A DNA stretch of 64,000 nucleotides from an uncultured delta proteobacterium. GTDB taxonomy: Bacteria > Myxococcota_A > Polyangia > Fen-1088. Below the pieces are notes generated by a model, which worked only from the letters and a program-made list of their open reading frames with translations, was not told where the DNA came from and ran no database searches. This document shows positions 1 through 9,471 of this stretch, piece by piece. The stretch covers positions 1,760,001-1,824,000 of the forward strand of contig CAVYGB010000008.1 of NCBI GenBank assembly GCA_963767925.1, read 5' to 3'. The position numbers and the translations under genes are program-made. The first letter of the stretch is position 1. Every line of letters starts with the position of its first letter.

Positions 1-1050
1 GAGCTGGCCGGCCCGGGCCGCTGCCAGGATGGCGTCCTTGAGGGGGAGGCGGGGCCAGGGCGGAGCCAGATCCACCCGCCGCCCTTCGTAGGTGATGATC
101 TGGCTGCCACGGACCGCCTCGGCCAGGAGGACGAACAGCTCCTCGGTCAGCGCCATCAGATCTTCGTGGGTGGCGTAGGCCTGGTAAAACTCGAGCATCG
201 TGAACTCGGGGTTGTGCTTGCGCGACAGCCCCTCGTTCCGGAACGTGCGGCCGATCTCGTAGACCCGTTCGAACCCGCCGACAACGAGCCGTTTGAGAAA
301 GAGCTCGGGGGCGATCCGCATCACCATCGGCAGGTCGAGGGCGTTGTGGTGGGTCCGGAAGGGTCGGGCCGCCGCGCCCCCGATCAGGGTCTGCAAGATC
401 GGGGTCTCGACCTCGAGGTACCCGCGGTCGTCGAGGAAACGGCGCGAGAGACGGATGATCTCGGTGCGCTTGCGGAAGACCTCGCGCACTTCGGGGTTGA
501 CGATGAGGTCGACGTAACGCTGGCGGTAGCGCAGCTCCTGATCCTGCAGACCGTGCCACTTCTCCGGGAGCGGACGGGTGGCCTTGGTGAGGATCTGGAG
601 CGACTCGCACAGGATGGTCAGCTCGCCCGTGCGCGTGATGAAGGCGGGTCCCCGCACGCCGATGAAATCGCCCCGCTCGGTCTTCCGGAACAGGTCGTAC
701 TCCGCCTCGCCGATGGTGTCCTTCTTGATGTAGACCTGGACCTCGCCGCTGCGGTCGGCCAGCTTCACGAAGGTGGCCTTGCCGAACCCGCGGTGGGCGA
801 CGATGCGGCCCGCGAGGGCGAACCGGTCTTCGGACAGCATGGCCGGCTCGGCCTTCGGCCCCCGGGGGGCGTCGGCAGGCGCGCTCTGAGCGGCGGCGGC
901 AGCCGCGGTGACCTCCGGGGCAAACCGGGCCAGGACGTCGGCCGCCAGGTGGGTCGGTTGCCAGCCGTTGGCGTAGGGGTTGCGGCCAGCCGCGCGCAGC
1001 TCGGCGACCTTCCGTTCACGCTCGGCGATCAGCTCTCTCTCGTCCGCCAT
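1..1050 (-). CDS. lysS: Lysine--tRNA ligase, class II (3' end runs off the window)
   Basis: ATG at 1050. Reads [30 protein letters not shown], then [31 protein letters not shown] and [23 protein letters not shown]. Lies downstream of prfB, the usual synteny. Confidence 0.97.
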   Translation of the reverse strand, partial: MADERELIAERERKVAELRAAGRNPYANGWQPTHLAADVLARFAPEVTAAAAAAQSAPADAPRGPKAEPAMLSEDRFALAGRIVAHRGFGKATFVKLADRSGEVQVYIKKDTIGEAEYDLFRKTERGDFIGVRGPAFITRTGELTILCESLQILTKATRPLPEKWHGLQDQELRYRQRYVDLIVNPEVREVFRKRTEIIRLSRRFLDDRGYLEVETPILQTLIGGAAARPFRTHHNALDLPMVMRIAPELFLKRLVVGGFERVYEIGRTFRNEGLSRKHNPEFTMLEFYQAYATHEDLMALTEELFVLLAEAVRGSQIITYEGRRVDLAPPWPRLPLKDAILAAARAGQL

Positions 1051-1065
1051 GGGCTTATGACCAGA

Positions 1066-1149
1066 TCATCCACATTTCATCCACAGCCGCTAGATTCGCA
1101 GCCAGTTGAAATGACAAGGGTTTTTCAGATCTATCCACAGTTATCCACA
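1066..1149 (+). promoter_or_regulatory. Cluster of four co-oriented DnaA boxes with a central IHF-like site
   Basis: TCATCCACA at 1066-1074 and 1077-1085, CTATCCACA at 1131-1139, and a perfect TTATCCACA at 1141-1149. Minus-strand TTTCAACTGGCTG (1111-1099) matches 7 of 9 specified positions of WATCAANNNNTTR. Confidence 0.75.
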
Positions 1150-1157
1150 CCCGACCC

Positions 1158-2301
1158 TCAGTCGGTCTTGGCCCCGGTCAGGGACTTGTGGGCGGTGGGA
1201 TCCCCGGCGAGCGTGAGCAACATGGCCACCATGAACTCGTCGAGGTCGCCATCGAGGACGGCGTCGACGTTCCCGAGCTTGATCTCGGTGCGGTGGTCCG
1301 AGACGAGGCGGTAGGGCGCCAGCACGTAGGACCGGATCTGGCTGCCCCACTCGATCGCCTTCTTGGCGGCGTGAATGCCGCCCATCTTCTCCTCCATCTT
1401 GCGCTGCTCGAGCTCGATCAGCTTCGAGCGGAGGATGCGCATGGCGGTCGCGCGGTTCTTGTGCTGCGACCGCTCGGACTGGCAATGCACGGCGATCCCG
1501 CTGGGCACGTGGGTGATGCGGATGGCCGACTCCGTCTTGTTGACGTGCTGGCCGCCGGCGCCGCCCGAGCGCATCGTCTCCACGCGCAGATCCTTGTCGT
1601 CGATCTCGACCTTCACCGTCTCGTCGATGTCGGGATAGACGAAGACGCTGGCAAACGAGGTGTGCCGGCGGGCCTGGGCGTCGTACGGGGAGATCCGCAC
1701 CAGGCGATGCACCCCCGCTTCCGCCCGCGTGTATCCGTAGGCCCACTCACCCCGGATGCCCAGCGTGACGCTCTTTATGCCCGCCTCGTCGCCGGGCTGG
1801 TGGTCGAGGAGCTCGAGCTCGTAGCCGCGGCGCTGGGCCCAGCGGGTGTACATCCGCTGCAGCATCTCGGCCCAGTCCTGCGATTCGGTCCCGCCGGCCC
1901 CGGCGTTGATGGAGAGGAGGGCACCCTGCCGGTCGTAGGGACCGGACAACATGCGAGCGAACTCCATCTTGTCGACGGCCGCCTCGCCGGCGGAGAGGCT
2001 GACCGACACCTCGGCTGCCGTAGCTTCGTCCTTCGCCTCGTCGGCCAGGTCGATGAGGATGCGGGCCTCCTCGACCACCCGGAGCTGGGCCTCGAAGCCG
2101 TCGACGGCCGACTTGAGCCGGGCCTGCTCCTTGAGCACGCCCTGGGCCCGGTCGCTGTCGTTCCAGAAGTCGGGCTCGCCGGCGCGGGCCTCGAGCTCCG
2201 CTATCGCGCGTTTCTTGCCGTCGATGTCAAAGATACCCCCGGAGGGCCTGCAGGCGGCTCTCCAGCTTGCTGGCACGCTCTCGGAGGGGGCTGATTTCCA
2301 T
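1158..2301 (-). CDS. prfB: Peptide chain release factor 2 with programmed +1 frameshift
   Basis: ATG at 2301 gives 24 codons (MEISPLRE...LRGYL) ending at CGG GGG TAT CTT TGA C. The +1 frame continues DIDGKK and contains GVHRLVRISPYD, RRHTSFA, GGQHVNKTESA and WGSQIRSYV. Confidence 0.97.
2226..2240 (-). promoter_or_regulatory. prfB autoregulatory +1 frameshift cassette (SD-like GGGGG, CTT TGA C)
   Basis: Minus strand reads GGGGGTATCTTTGAC, the canonical RF2 slippage signal. Confidence 0.95.
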
Positions 2302-2309
2302 GGCCGCGG

Positions 2310-2338
2310 AGAATAGCAGCCGGGAAAACCGCCGCCAA
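2310..2338 (-). promoter_or_regulatory. Putative sigma70-type promoter for a near-leaderless prfB transcript
   Basis: TTGGCG (2338-2333), 17-nt spacer ending in TGC, TATTCT (2315-2310), then 8 nt to the ATG with no SD. Confidence 0.55.
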
Positions 2339-2340
2339 GC

Positions 2341-2460
2341 TCATCTACGGGATCGTCTGAGCGGTCATCTAAACCGTCATTTGAACGGTCATCTAGCCCG
2401 TCGTCTGAGCGGTCGTCCGAGCGGTCGTCCGAGCGGTCGTCCGAGCGGTCATCCAGTCGG
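2341..2460. repeat. Ten-unit degenerate 12-bp tandem repeat, consensus TCRTCYGAGCGG
   Basis: Units: tcatctacggga, tcgtctgagcgg, tcatctaaaccg, tcatttgaacgg, tcatctagcccg, tcgtctgagcgg, tcgtccgagcgg x3, tcatccagtcgg. Confidence 0.9.
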
Positions 2461-3081
2461 TCACGGGGAAGGATCCCGCCGGTAGTTCTCCTTGAGGCGG
2501 ACGTATTTGGCGGCGAGCGCCCGGTGAAAGGCCTCGTCGGCGTCCCCCAGGGTGCGCACCACCCGGGCGGGCGCACCCAGCACGAGGCTGCGGGGCGGGA
2601 CCCGGGTACCCGGGGTGACCAGGGCGGCGGCCCCCACCACCGAGCCCGCCCCGATGACGGCGTCGTCGAGAATGGTGGCCTGCATGCCCACGATGCAGCC
2701 ATCCTCCACCCGGCAGCCATGCAACATCACCCGGTGGCCGATCACGGTCTCCGCCCCCACGGCGCAGGGGCTGAAATCACCGACGTGTAGGACCGACCCG
2801 TCCTGGACGTTGGAGCCCCGCCCCACCGTCACCGGCGCCAGATCGCCGCGCAGCACGGCGTTGAACCAGACCGAGACACCCGCCGAGAGGCGGACGTCGC
2901 CCACCAGAGCCGCGCCCGGGCAGACCAGCACGTCGTCGGCCAGGGTGGGCAGCAAGGCCTGGTAGCGGTCGATGAGCGCCCGCGGGAAGCGGCGCCGCAG
3001 CTCCTCCACCCGGGCATCGAGGGCAGGCGCGTCCGGGTGGGGACCGTCGACCAGGGGAACCGAGCTGGTGCTCGTCGCCAT
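2461..3081 (-). CDS. Gamma-carbonic anhydrase family (YrdA-like) hexapeptide-repeat protein
   Basis: GDVRLSAGVSVWFNAVLRGD, SNVQDGSVLH, IGHRVMLHGC and SLVLGAPARVVR. Confidence 0.92.
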   Translation of the reverse strand: MATSTSSVPLVDGPHPDAPALDARVEELRRRFPRALIDRYQALLPTLADDVLVCPGAALVGDVRLSAGVSVWFNAVLRGDLAPVTVGRGSNVQDGSVLHVGDFSPCAVGAETVIGHRVMLHGCRVEDGCIVGMQATILDDAVIGAGSVVGAAALVTPGTRVPPRSLVLGAPARVVRTLGDADEAFHRALAAKYVRLKENYRRDPSP

Positions 3082-3093
3082 GGCCCGGCCCGG

Positions 3094-4488
3094 TCAGGCC
3101 GAGATCAGGTGGAGCTGCCGGAGCCGCCCCGGCGGGACCACCGTGAGCGGGTACTTGTTCGAGAAGCACGCGTCACACAGGCCGTGGTTCTCGTCGGGCG
3201 AGCGGCTCTGTCCGACGGCGGTGTGCAGCCCGTCCAGCGAGAGGTAGCCCAGCGAGTCGGCGCCCACGAAGGTCCGGATGTCCTCCACCGACTGCGAAGA
3301 CGCGATGAGCTCGTCGCGCGAAGGGGTGTCGATGCCGTAGTGGCAGGGGCCGATCGCCGGAGGTGAGCTGATGCGCATGTGGATCTCGCGCGCGCCGGCC
3401 GAGCGGATCATGCCGATGATCTTGCGCGAGGTCGTTCCGCGGACGATGGAGTCGTCCACCACGACCACCCGCTTGCCCGCCAGCACCTCCCGCACCGGAG
3501 AGAGCTTGAGCTTCACGCCGAAGTGCCGGATCGACTGGGAGGGCTCGATGAAGGTACGCCCGGCATAGTGCGACCGCATGAGGCCCTGCCCGAAGGGGAT
3601 GCCGCTCTCCCGGGCGTAACCGATAGCAGCGGCGGTTCCAGAATCGGGGACCGGGATGACGACGTCGGCCGAGGTGGGATGTTCGACGGCGAGCCGGCGG
3701 CCCATGTTCTCGCGGGTCCGGTAGACCGAGGCGCCCGCGATGGTCGAGTCGGGACGCGAGAAATAGACCCACTCGAACACACACCGGCGCGGGGACTGGG
3801 CCCCGAACGGGCGCAGGCTGCGCAGGCCGTTCTCGTCGATGATCAGCATCTCCCCGGGGTCGATGTCGCGCACGAACTCCGCCTCGATGAGATCGAAGGC
3901 GCAGGTCTCGGAGGCCACCACCCAGGCGTCGCGCACCCGGCCGAGCGAGAGCGGCCGGATGCCCATGGGATCGCGCACCGCGATCAACATCGACGGCGAC
4001 ATCAGGGCCAGGGAGAAGGCCCCCCGGACCTCCCGGAGGGCGTCAGCGAGCTGCTCGGGCAGGCTGCGCTGCCGCGAGCGGGCGATGAGGTGCAAGATCA
4101 CCTCGGTGTCCGAGGTGGTCTGGAAGATCGAGCCCTCGTCCTCGAGGCGGGCCCGCAGGTCGCTGAAGTTGATCAGGTTGCCGTTGTGGGCGACCGCCAG
4201 CGACCCGTCGGAGTAATTGACCGCGATGGGCTGGGCGTTCTTGATGGTCGAGTCACCTGCCGTGGAGTAGCGAACGTGCCCGATGGCCGCTGGACCGGGC
4301 AGCCGGGCCAGGCGGTCGGCGGTGAAGATCTCCCGCACATGACCCATCTCCCGGATGAGCCGCAGGTTCTCTCCATCTCCGGCCACGATGCCGGCCGACT
4401 CCTGGCCCCGGTGCTGGAGCGCGTGCAAGCCGAGGTAGGCGAGGTTCGCCGCTTCCGGGTGGCCGAAAATGCCGATTACGCCGCACAT
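3094..4488 (-). CDS. purF: Amidophosphoribosyltransferase
   Basis: N-terminal [25 protein letters not shown], and the PRPP motif [13 protein letters not shown]. Confidence 0.98.
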   Translation of the reverse strand: MCGVIGIFGHPEAANLAYLGLHALQHRGQESAGIVAGDGENLRLIREMGHVREIFTADRLARLPGPAAIGHVRYSTAGDSTIKNAQPIAVNYSDGSLAVAHNGNLINFSDLRARLEDEGSIFQTTSDTEVILHLIARSRQRSLPEQLADALREVRGAFSLALMSPSMLIAVRDPMGIRPLSLGRVRDAWVVASETCAFDLIEAEFVRDIDPGEMLIIDENGLRSLRPFGAQSPRRCVFEWVYFSRPDSTIAGASVYRTRENMGRRLAVEHPTSADVVIPVPDSGTAAAIGYARESGIPFGQGLMRSHYAGRTFIEPSQSIRHFGVKLKLSPVREVLAGKRVVVVDDSIVRGTTSRKIIGMIRSAGAREIHMRISSPPAIGPCHYGIDTPSRDELIASSQSVEDIRTFVGADSLGYLSLDGLHTAVGQSRSPDENHGLCDACFSNKYPLTVVPPGRLRQLHLISA

Positions 4489-4572
4489 GGGCGTGCGGAA
4501 GGTACCATACCGGACCCAGGCGCGCCTCGATTTCGGGCCCGCCCGCGGCGGCGCGATCGGGAGCTGTCTTCT

Positions 4573-5184
4573 TCAGGTGCGGCGGTGCAGTTTCTTCTTC
4601 GCCCAGGCGGGAGCCGACGCGACGCCTCCGGCGGCCGCCTCCTCGGGCGCCGGCAGCGATGGGGGCGGCTCGGGCGCGCGCGGAGGCATCGGCGCTGCCA
4701 CCAGCGAAGGTGCGCTGTCGCTGATCCGGGGCAGAGCGTCCGGGTCCGGCGTGGCGGCGACCCGCGAGGGGACGCTCAACCGCGGCGGCGCCCGATGGCC
4801 GCTCTCCTCGCCTGTCTCCGACCGGCGCACGGCCGCGCGAGCCTGCGCGTCGCTCGCCTCCGCCCCCTGACCCATCTCGAGGCGTCCCTTGTAGGTGGCG
4901 CCCTCCTCCATCACCACGCGGGGGGCCACGATGTCGCCCACCACGCGGGCCCGTTCCGCCAGGCGAATGCTCTCCACGGCGGTGAGGTTGCCGACCACCA
5001 CGCCTGAAATGAGGATCACCCGCGCTTCGACGTCGGCCTGGATGATCGCGCCGTCCTCGACCGTGAAGGTCGAGGACAGCTGGACCCGTCCTTCGACGCG
5101 GCCGCGGACGACGACGTCCTCGTCGCCGCGCAGCTCACCCGCGACGCGGGTCGCGGGTCCGATGATGGTCTCTTTGTCCGCCAT
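4573..5184 (-). CDS. bacP: Bactofilin with a long Pro/Ala-rich, basic-ended C-terminal tail (BacP-like)
   Basis: Bactofilin domain TIIGPATRVAGELRGDEDVVVRGRVEG...APRVVMEEGATYKGRLEM, then a disordered tail ending WAKKKLHRRT. Last of three tandem bactofilins, as in M. xanthus bacNOP; the symbol rests on synteny. Confidence 0.8.
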   Translation of the reverse strand: MADKETIIGPATRVAGELRGDEDVVVRGRVEGRVQLSSTFTVEDGAIIQADVEARVILISGVVVGNLTAVESIRLAERARVVGDIVAPRVVMEEGATYKGRLEMGQGAEASDAQARAAVRRSETGEESGHRAPPRLSVPSRVAATPDPDALPRISDSAPSLVAAPMPPRAPEPPPSLPAPEEAAAGGVASAPAWAKKKLHRRT

Positions 5185-5193
5185 GTTCGGACC

Positions 5194-5535
5194 TTACACG
5201 TCCATGTCGATGTTGCCTTTGTAGGCGGCTCCATCCGCGATGACGATGCGGGGGGTTTTGATGTCCCCGACCATCTTACCGTTGGCCCGCACCTCCACCC
5301 GCTCACGGGCCACGACGTTGCCCGTGACCCTGCCTCCCACGCTGAGCGACTGGGTCTCGATGTCGGCCTCCACGTTGGCGCCCGGCTCCACGGCCAGCGT
5401 CTGGGTTGTGGAGATCTTCCCTTTGACCGTGCCGAGGACCGTCAGCGGCTCTTCCCCGCTCACCTCGCCGTCGATGACGATGCCGCTGCTGATGACCGTG
5501 TTACCCATCGGTTTTTCTCTTTCCTGCTTGGCCAT
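5194..5535 (-). CDS. Bactofilin (BacO position)
   Basis: NTVISSGIVIDGEVSGEEPLTVLGTVKG...KTPRIVIADGAAYKGNIDMDV. The start could be the second Met (MGNTV). Confidence 0.9.
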   Translation of the reverse strand: MAKQEREKPMGNTVISSGIVIDGEVSGEEPLTVLGTVKGKISTTQTLAVEPGANVEADIETQSLSVGGRVTGNVVARERVEVRANGKMVGDIKTPRIVIADGAAYKGNIDMDV

Positions 5536-5558
5536 TCATCATTCCGGAGCGCCCATTG

Positions 5559-5924
5559 CTAGGCGGCGTCGCGCTTGAGGAGCTTGATGCCCTCGGGGAG
5601 CTCGACGTCCATGTCGATGTTTCCCGAGAAGCGCGCACCGTCTTCGATGACGATGCGTGGTGCACGCAAGCTCCCCACGACGCGCGCCGTGTTGTGCAGA
5701 ACAGCGGCCTTGCTGGCAACTACGTCGCCCCGCAGCTCGCCTCTCACGGTCGCCTCGGCCACGTCCACGTCCGCCGCGACGAGGCCACCTTCTTCCACGG
5801 TCAGCCTCGTCTCGATTCCCACCCGTCCTTCCACCCTCCCGAGCACCACCAGATCCTGGTTGCCCGAGATGTTTCCCTTCACCGTGACCTTAGCCCCTAT
5901 TAAGCAGGGTTCCTTCTCGCCCAT
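5559..5924 (-). CDS. Bactofilin (BacN position)
   Basis: LIGAKVTVKGNISGNQDLVVLGRVEG...RAPRIVIEDGARFSGNIDMDVELP, with a GGAGG SD upstream. Confidence 0.9.
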   Translation of the reverse strand: MGEKEPCLIGAKVTVKGNISGNQDLVVLGRVEGRVGIETRLTVEEGGLVAADVDVAEATVRGELRGDVVASKAAVLHNTARVVGSLRAPRIVIEDGARFSGNIDMDVELPEGIKLLKRDAA

Positions 5925-5946
5925 GATCGCCTCCAGCCCCTACCCG

Positions 5947-6008
5947 ACAATATCGCGGGCGCGACGAGGGTGTCAACGACGAGCGCGAGTCACGCTCTTC
6001 TTTTTTTT
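5947..6008 (-). promoter_or_regulatory. Sigma70-type promoter of the bactofilin operon with upstream A-tract
   Basis: Perfect TTGACA (5976-5971), 18-nt spacer, TATTGT (5952-5947). An A8 run near 6001-6008 could act as an UP element. Confidence 0.65.
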
Positions 6009-6075
6009 GTTCGCTTCGGTTTGCTCGGCTTCTGCTTGGCTTGGCGAGGAGCTTGCGTTCGCGAGTTGGCTTTGC

Positions 6076-6936
6076 TCACCACTGCCCGAGCAGCGCCACG
6101 CCGGGATAGAGGATCCAGGTTCCGGTGTCGATGTCGCGGCCCGCTCCGAACGCGTCGAGGCGAGCGGTCCCGAGAAAACGCACGACCGTGAGCTCGAAGG
6201 CGAGAAAGAGGACCTTGTAGCCGATGGCCGCGCCGCCCTGCAGCCCGAAGATGGCGCCCTGCCCGCTCACCCGGGCCAGGTCCTCGCTGGCTACGGCGCC
6301 GCCCGCCCCGGGGGCGCTGAGCGCGAGCGAGGCGCCGTAGTGGCTGTAGACGAGACGCGGTCCGCCCCAGATCCGATAGAAGTCACCCTGCCGGCCCGCC
6401 ACCAGGGGGATGTCGATGTTCCAGCGCGCGAATTCGTCGAGCCGCACGATCGGGAGGATGTCGCCGATGGGCAGCGAGAAGCCCGAGCGCTGGATGCCGA
6501 GCCCGATCGTCACGTCCCAGCCCGCAGTCGGGATCGGGTCGGGGCCGGCGTCCGTCGCCGCATCGTCCGGACGGTGCTGGCGCAGGAGCTGCCGCCGGAC
6601 CCCGATCCGCCAGGCCGACGCGGCGTAACGCAGGCCCACCTCCCAGTTCGCGCCCGGGGCGTAGGTGACGCCCACATGTTCGACCACCGAGGGCGGGCTC
6701 AGGGCGAGGTTGAACCCGGCCGCGAACACGGTGCGCTTGTCCTCCTCGCTCAGCATGTCCGCGGAGGCGAGCGCCTTGGCCGTGTCGATGGTGCGGGTCA
6801 CCGCGCCGGTCGGGATCGAGCCATCCAGACCGATCTCCAGGCTCACGCCCCCGGGCGGCAAGACGTGCGCGGGCTGGAAGCTCGACAGGGAGGTGGCACA
6901 GCCGGTGGCGAGGAGCGCGAGCAGGAGGCGTTTCAT
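6076..6936 (-). CDS. Hypothetical lipoprotein with a probable outer-membrane beta-barrel
   Basis: Lipobox signal MKRLLLALLATGC, amphipathic beta-strands, C-terminal LYPGVALLGQW. Confidence 0.7.
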   Translation of the reverse strand: MKRLLLALLATGCATSLSSFQPAHVLPPGGVSLEIGLDGSIPTGAVTRTIDTAKALASADMLSEEDKRTVFAAGFNLALSPPSVVEHVGVTYAPGANWEVGLRYAASAWRIGVRRQLLRQHRPDDAATDAGPDPIPTAGWDVTIGLGIQRSGFSLPIGDILPIVRLDEFARWNIDIPLVAGRQGDFYRIWGGPRLVYSHYGASLALSAPGAGGAVASEDLARVSGQGAIFGLQGGAAIGYKVLFLAFELTVVRFLGTARLDAFGAGRDIDTGTWILYPGVALLGQW

Positions 6937-7000
6937 CGGGTCCTGGCCATGGTCGCCCTGGCCTGCGCCCGACACAAGGGCGGCTATATATTTCCAGGCC

Positions 7001-7579
7001 ATGGTCACCGACCCCCTGCCGAGGGTGGCCCGCCTGCGCAAGCAATACGAGGCGAGCGACGCCCGCAGCACGCTGGCGCTCCCCGACGCCGCCACCTTGC
7101 AGCGGCTGACCGCCGAGCTGGGGGAGGCCCTGGCGGGCGGCGCGCGCACGGACGTCAAGAAGAGCGCAAGCAAGCTGCTCGATCTGCTGGCGGCGTTCCA
7201 CGGCGTCAGCCGGCCGCGGCTGGACGTGCTCGGCGCCCGGCCCCTCAAAGTCATCGAGGGGCACATGTCGTACGAGCTGTTCGGGGACTACACCATGGCC
7301 AGTCAGACCATCCGCGTCTGGATGCGCACGGCCGTCCTGGGGAAGGTGACCAGCCACCGCGGCCTGCTCAACACCCTGCTGCACGAGTTCTGCCACCACC
7401 TCGACGTCCGGGCCCTCGAGCTACCCGACACCCCCCACACGCGGGGGTTCTTCACCCGCATCGACGACCTCTACCACCTGGCCCTGGCGACCCCTCCCGA
7501 TCGGCGCAAGCCGCTGGTCTGGATCAAGAGCCGCGGGGGCTGGCGGATCGACTGGCAGCGGGTTCGCAGCCTGGGCTGA
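7001..7579 (+). CDS. Small zincin metalloprotease (SprT-like)
   Basis: LLNTLLHEFCHH (HExxH) with downstream PHTRGF; TATATT lies 8 nt upstream of the ATG. Confidence 0.75.
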   Translation: MVTDPLPRVARLRKQYEASDARSTLALPDAATLQRLTAELGEALAGGARTDVKKSASKLLDLLAAFHGVSRPRLDVLGARPLKVIEGHMSYELFGDYTMASQTIRVWMRTAVLGKVTSHRGLLNTLLHEFCHHLDVRALELPDTPHTRGFFTRIDDLYHLALATPPDRRKPLVWIKSRGGWRIDWQRVRSLG

Positions 7580-7588
7580 CCGGAGCGT

Positions 7589-8497
7589 TCAGGTTTTCGC
7601 CGGCGCGGGCGGGAACACCCCTTGTTTGGCCAGCTCGGCCAGCACGGCCTGCAGGTCCTGCCAGGCCTGGCGCTTGGCCTCGGGCGTGCGCAGCAGGTAG
7701 GCCGGGTGGTAGGTGGGCATGACCGGGATGCCCTGATAGCTGCGGAGGTTGCCCCGCAGGCGGGTGATGGGCGTGCTCTCGCGGCAGAGGGCCTGCGCGG
7801 CGAACTTGCCGAGGGCCACGATCATGCGGGGTTGCAGGGCGGCGAGCTGACGCTGCAAGAACGGCTCGCAGGACGCCACCTCGTCCGGCTCGGGGTTGCG
7901 GTTGTAGGGCGGACGGCACTTGATGACGTTGCAGATGTAGACGTCCTCGCGCCGGAAGCCCATGGCCGCGATCATCCGGGTCAGGAGCTGCCCGGCCGCG
8001 CCGACGAACGGCTCGCCCTGCTCGTCCTCGTCGGCGCCCGGAGCCTCGCCCACGAAGACGAGGTCGGCCTCGGGGTTGCCAGCGCCAAAGACGATCTGCT
8101 TGCGGCCGGCCGACAGCTTGCAGCGCGTGCAGGCGCCCAGATCCTCGCGCACCGCCCGCAGGGCCGCCGACCCGCCCCGCCCTGGCGCCACCGGCACCGG
8201 CGCGACGAGCGGGATGGGAGCGGCGACCGGGGCAGGCGCGGCGACGGGGGTGGGAGCGCCGGCCGGCGCACGAGCGACCACCGCACCTGGAACGACAGGC
8301 GCGTGCATCGGAGCGGCCGGGCGCGCCTCGGCCCGGGGCGCAGGGGCTGCCTGCGAGCTCCTGGGGACGCCGAGCGTACCGGATCGCGCGCGCGCCTCCA
8401 GGTGGGCCCGGAAGGCGCCGACGAGGGTGGCGAGCTTGGCGGTGAGCGTACGGCGATCTTCGTTCAAAGGCGGTTCCTCGAGCAGGGGCGGCCTCAC
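7589..8497 (-). CDS. udg: Uracil-DNA glycosylase family 4 with N-terminal Pro/Ala linker
   Basis: [30 protein letters not shown] and [10 protein letters not shown]. Confidence 0.95.
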   Translation of the reverse strand: MRPPLLEEPPLNEDRRTLTAKLATLVGAFRAHLEARARSGTLGVPRSSQAAPAPRAEARPAAPMHAPVVPGAVVARAPAGAPTPVAAPAPVAAPIPLVAPVPVAPGRGGSAALRAVREDLGACTRCKLSAGRKQIVFGAGNPEADLVFVGEAPGADEDEQGEPFVGAAGQLLTRMIAAMGFRREDVYICNVIKCRPPYNRNPEPDEVASCEPFLQRQLAALQPRMIVALGKFAAQALCRESTPITRLRGNLRSYQGIPVMPTYHPAYLLRTPEAKRQAWQDLQAVLAELAKQGVFPPAPAKT

Positions 8498-9471
8498 GGC
8501 TTCATCAGCGCGTCGAGGGCGATGGCGTAATAGAAGGTGGCCGCGGTCTCGTCATCGAAGCCGGGCTGACGTCCGATGGTTCCCGACATGGTGCCGACCC
8601 GGGTGTCGAGCCTGCCCATGATGGTCTGGTGGGTGCGCAGGAAAGAGGGGTCGGTCGCCACCACGTAGGCCCGGCCCAGCGCGGCGGCGACGCAGGCGTT
8701 CCAGCAGTTCTCGTCGATCGGCCGCGCCACGAACCCCTCGGGCAGGGCCGGCGCCACCCGCTCGCGCAGCCAGGCGCCCATGAACGGCGTGGAGCCCTCG
8801 GCGGCGAGCACGGCGAGCACCCGGGTGGCGGTGGTCGACGAGAAGTCGAAGAGCCCCTCGGTGGCGGCCGGCTCCGACCCGAAGGCGGGGAGCGACTTCA
8901 TTCCAAAGGCGCGATCCACGAACCCGCGGGCGCTGGCCAGCAGGCCGCGATCGCCCACCGCCCGGGCGTAGTCGGCCAGGTTCCAGGCCAGAAAACCCGG
9001 GTCGGCGAAGGCGCGGCCGCCGAGGTCCTCGAGGTCGTTGAGGTAGGCCGCCAGCAACCGGGCCGCGGTCAGCGGCACGCCCCGGATCCCCGCCCGCTGC
9101 GCGCCGGCCGGATCGGCCAGGGCGGCCCGCAACAGGAGGGCGCAGTCGTAGGGGGCCTCGTCGCTCGAGCCCGAGCCGAGCGCGCTGGGGATGAAACGCG
9201 ACCAGACGGTGCCGAGGAGACGCCAGGCGGCGGTGATGTGGGCGGAGAAGGCGTCGTTTCCCCCGACGGCCTGGGCTCGTACCCAGAGCCACAACGCCGA
9301 CAGGGTCCCGTGGAAATCGAGATCCTCGCAGCCGGGCCAGGGCGGGACGTTGCCCCGGTGGGGACCCAGCGTCACCTGCCGGGTGGCCAGCGTCTCGCCC
9401 GCGTGGTGAAGCTTGCGAACCGCCAGGTTGGTCTGGACCCGGAACAGGTCGTCCCGCGACAGGCTCGCCAT
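8494..9471 (-). CDS. Hypothetical alpha-helical protein
   Basis: 325-aa ORF overlapping both coaBC and udg (translational coupling); no family recognised. Confidence 0.75.
   Translation of the reverse strand: MASLSRDDLFRVQTNLAVRKLHHAGETLATRQVTLGPHRGNVPPWPGCEDLDFHGTLSALWLWVRAQAVGGNDAFSAHITAAWRLLGTVWSRFIPSALGSGSSDEAPYDCALLLRAALADPAGAQRAGIRGVPLTAARLLAAYLNDLEDLGGRAFADPGFLAWNLADYARAVGDRGLLASARGFVDRAFGMKSLPAFGSEPAATEGLFDFSSTTATRVLAVLAAEGSTPFMGAWLRERVAPALPEGFVARPIDENCWNACVAAALGRAYVVATDPSFLRTHQTIMGRLDTRVGTMSGTIGRQPGFDDETAATFYYAIALDALMKP

Noticed and set aside
1051..1157. Replication origin (oriC)
   Set aside because: Only about 107 bp, no extended AT-rich unwinding element, and no dnaA, dnaN, gidA or parAB nearby. 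Kept as a DnaA-box cluster; oriC cannot be fully excluded without GC skew.
2341..2460. CRISPR array
   Set aside because: The 12-bp units are contiguous with no spacers, and there are no cas genes.
2302..2720. N-terminal extension of RF2 implied by ORF 1158..2720
   Set aside because: It overlaps the gamma-CA gene out of frame; the true start at 2301 with the canonical frameshift explains RF2.
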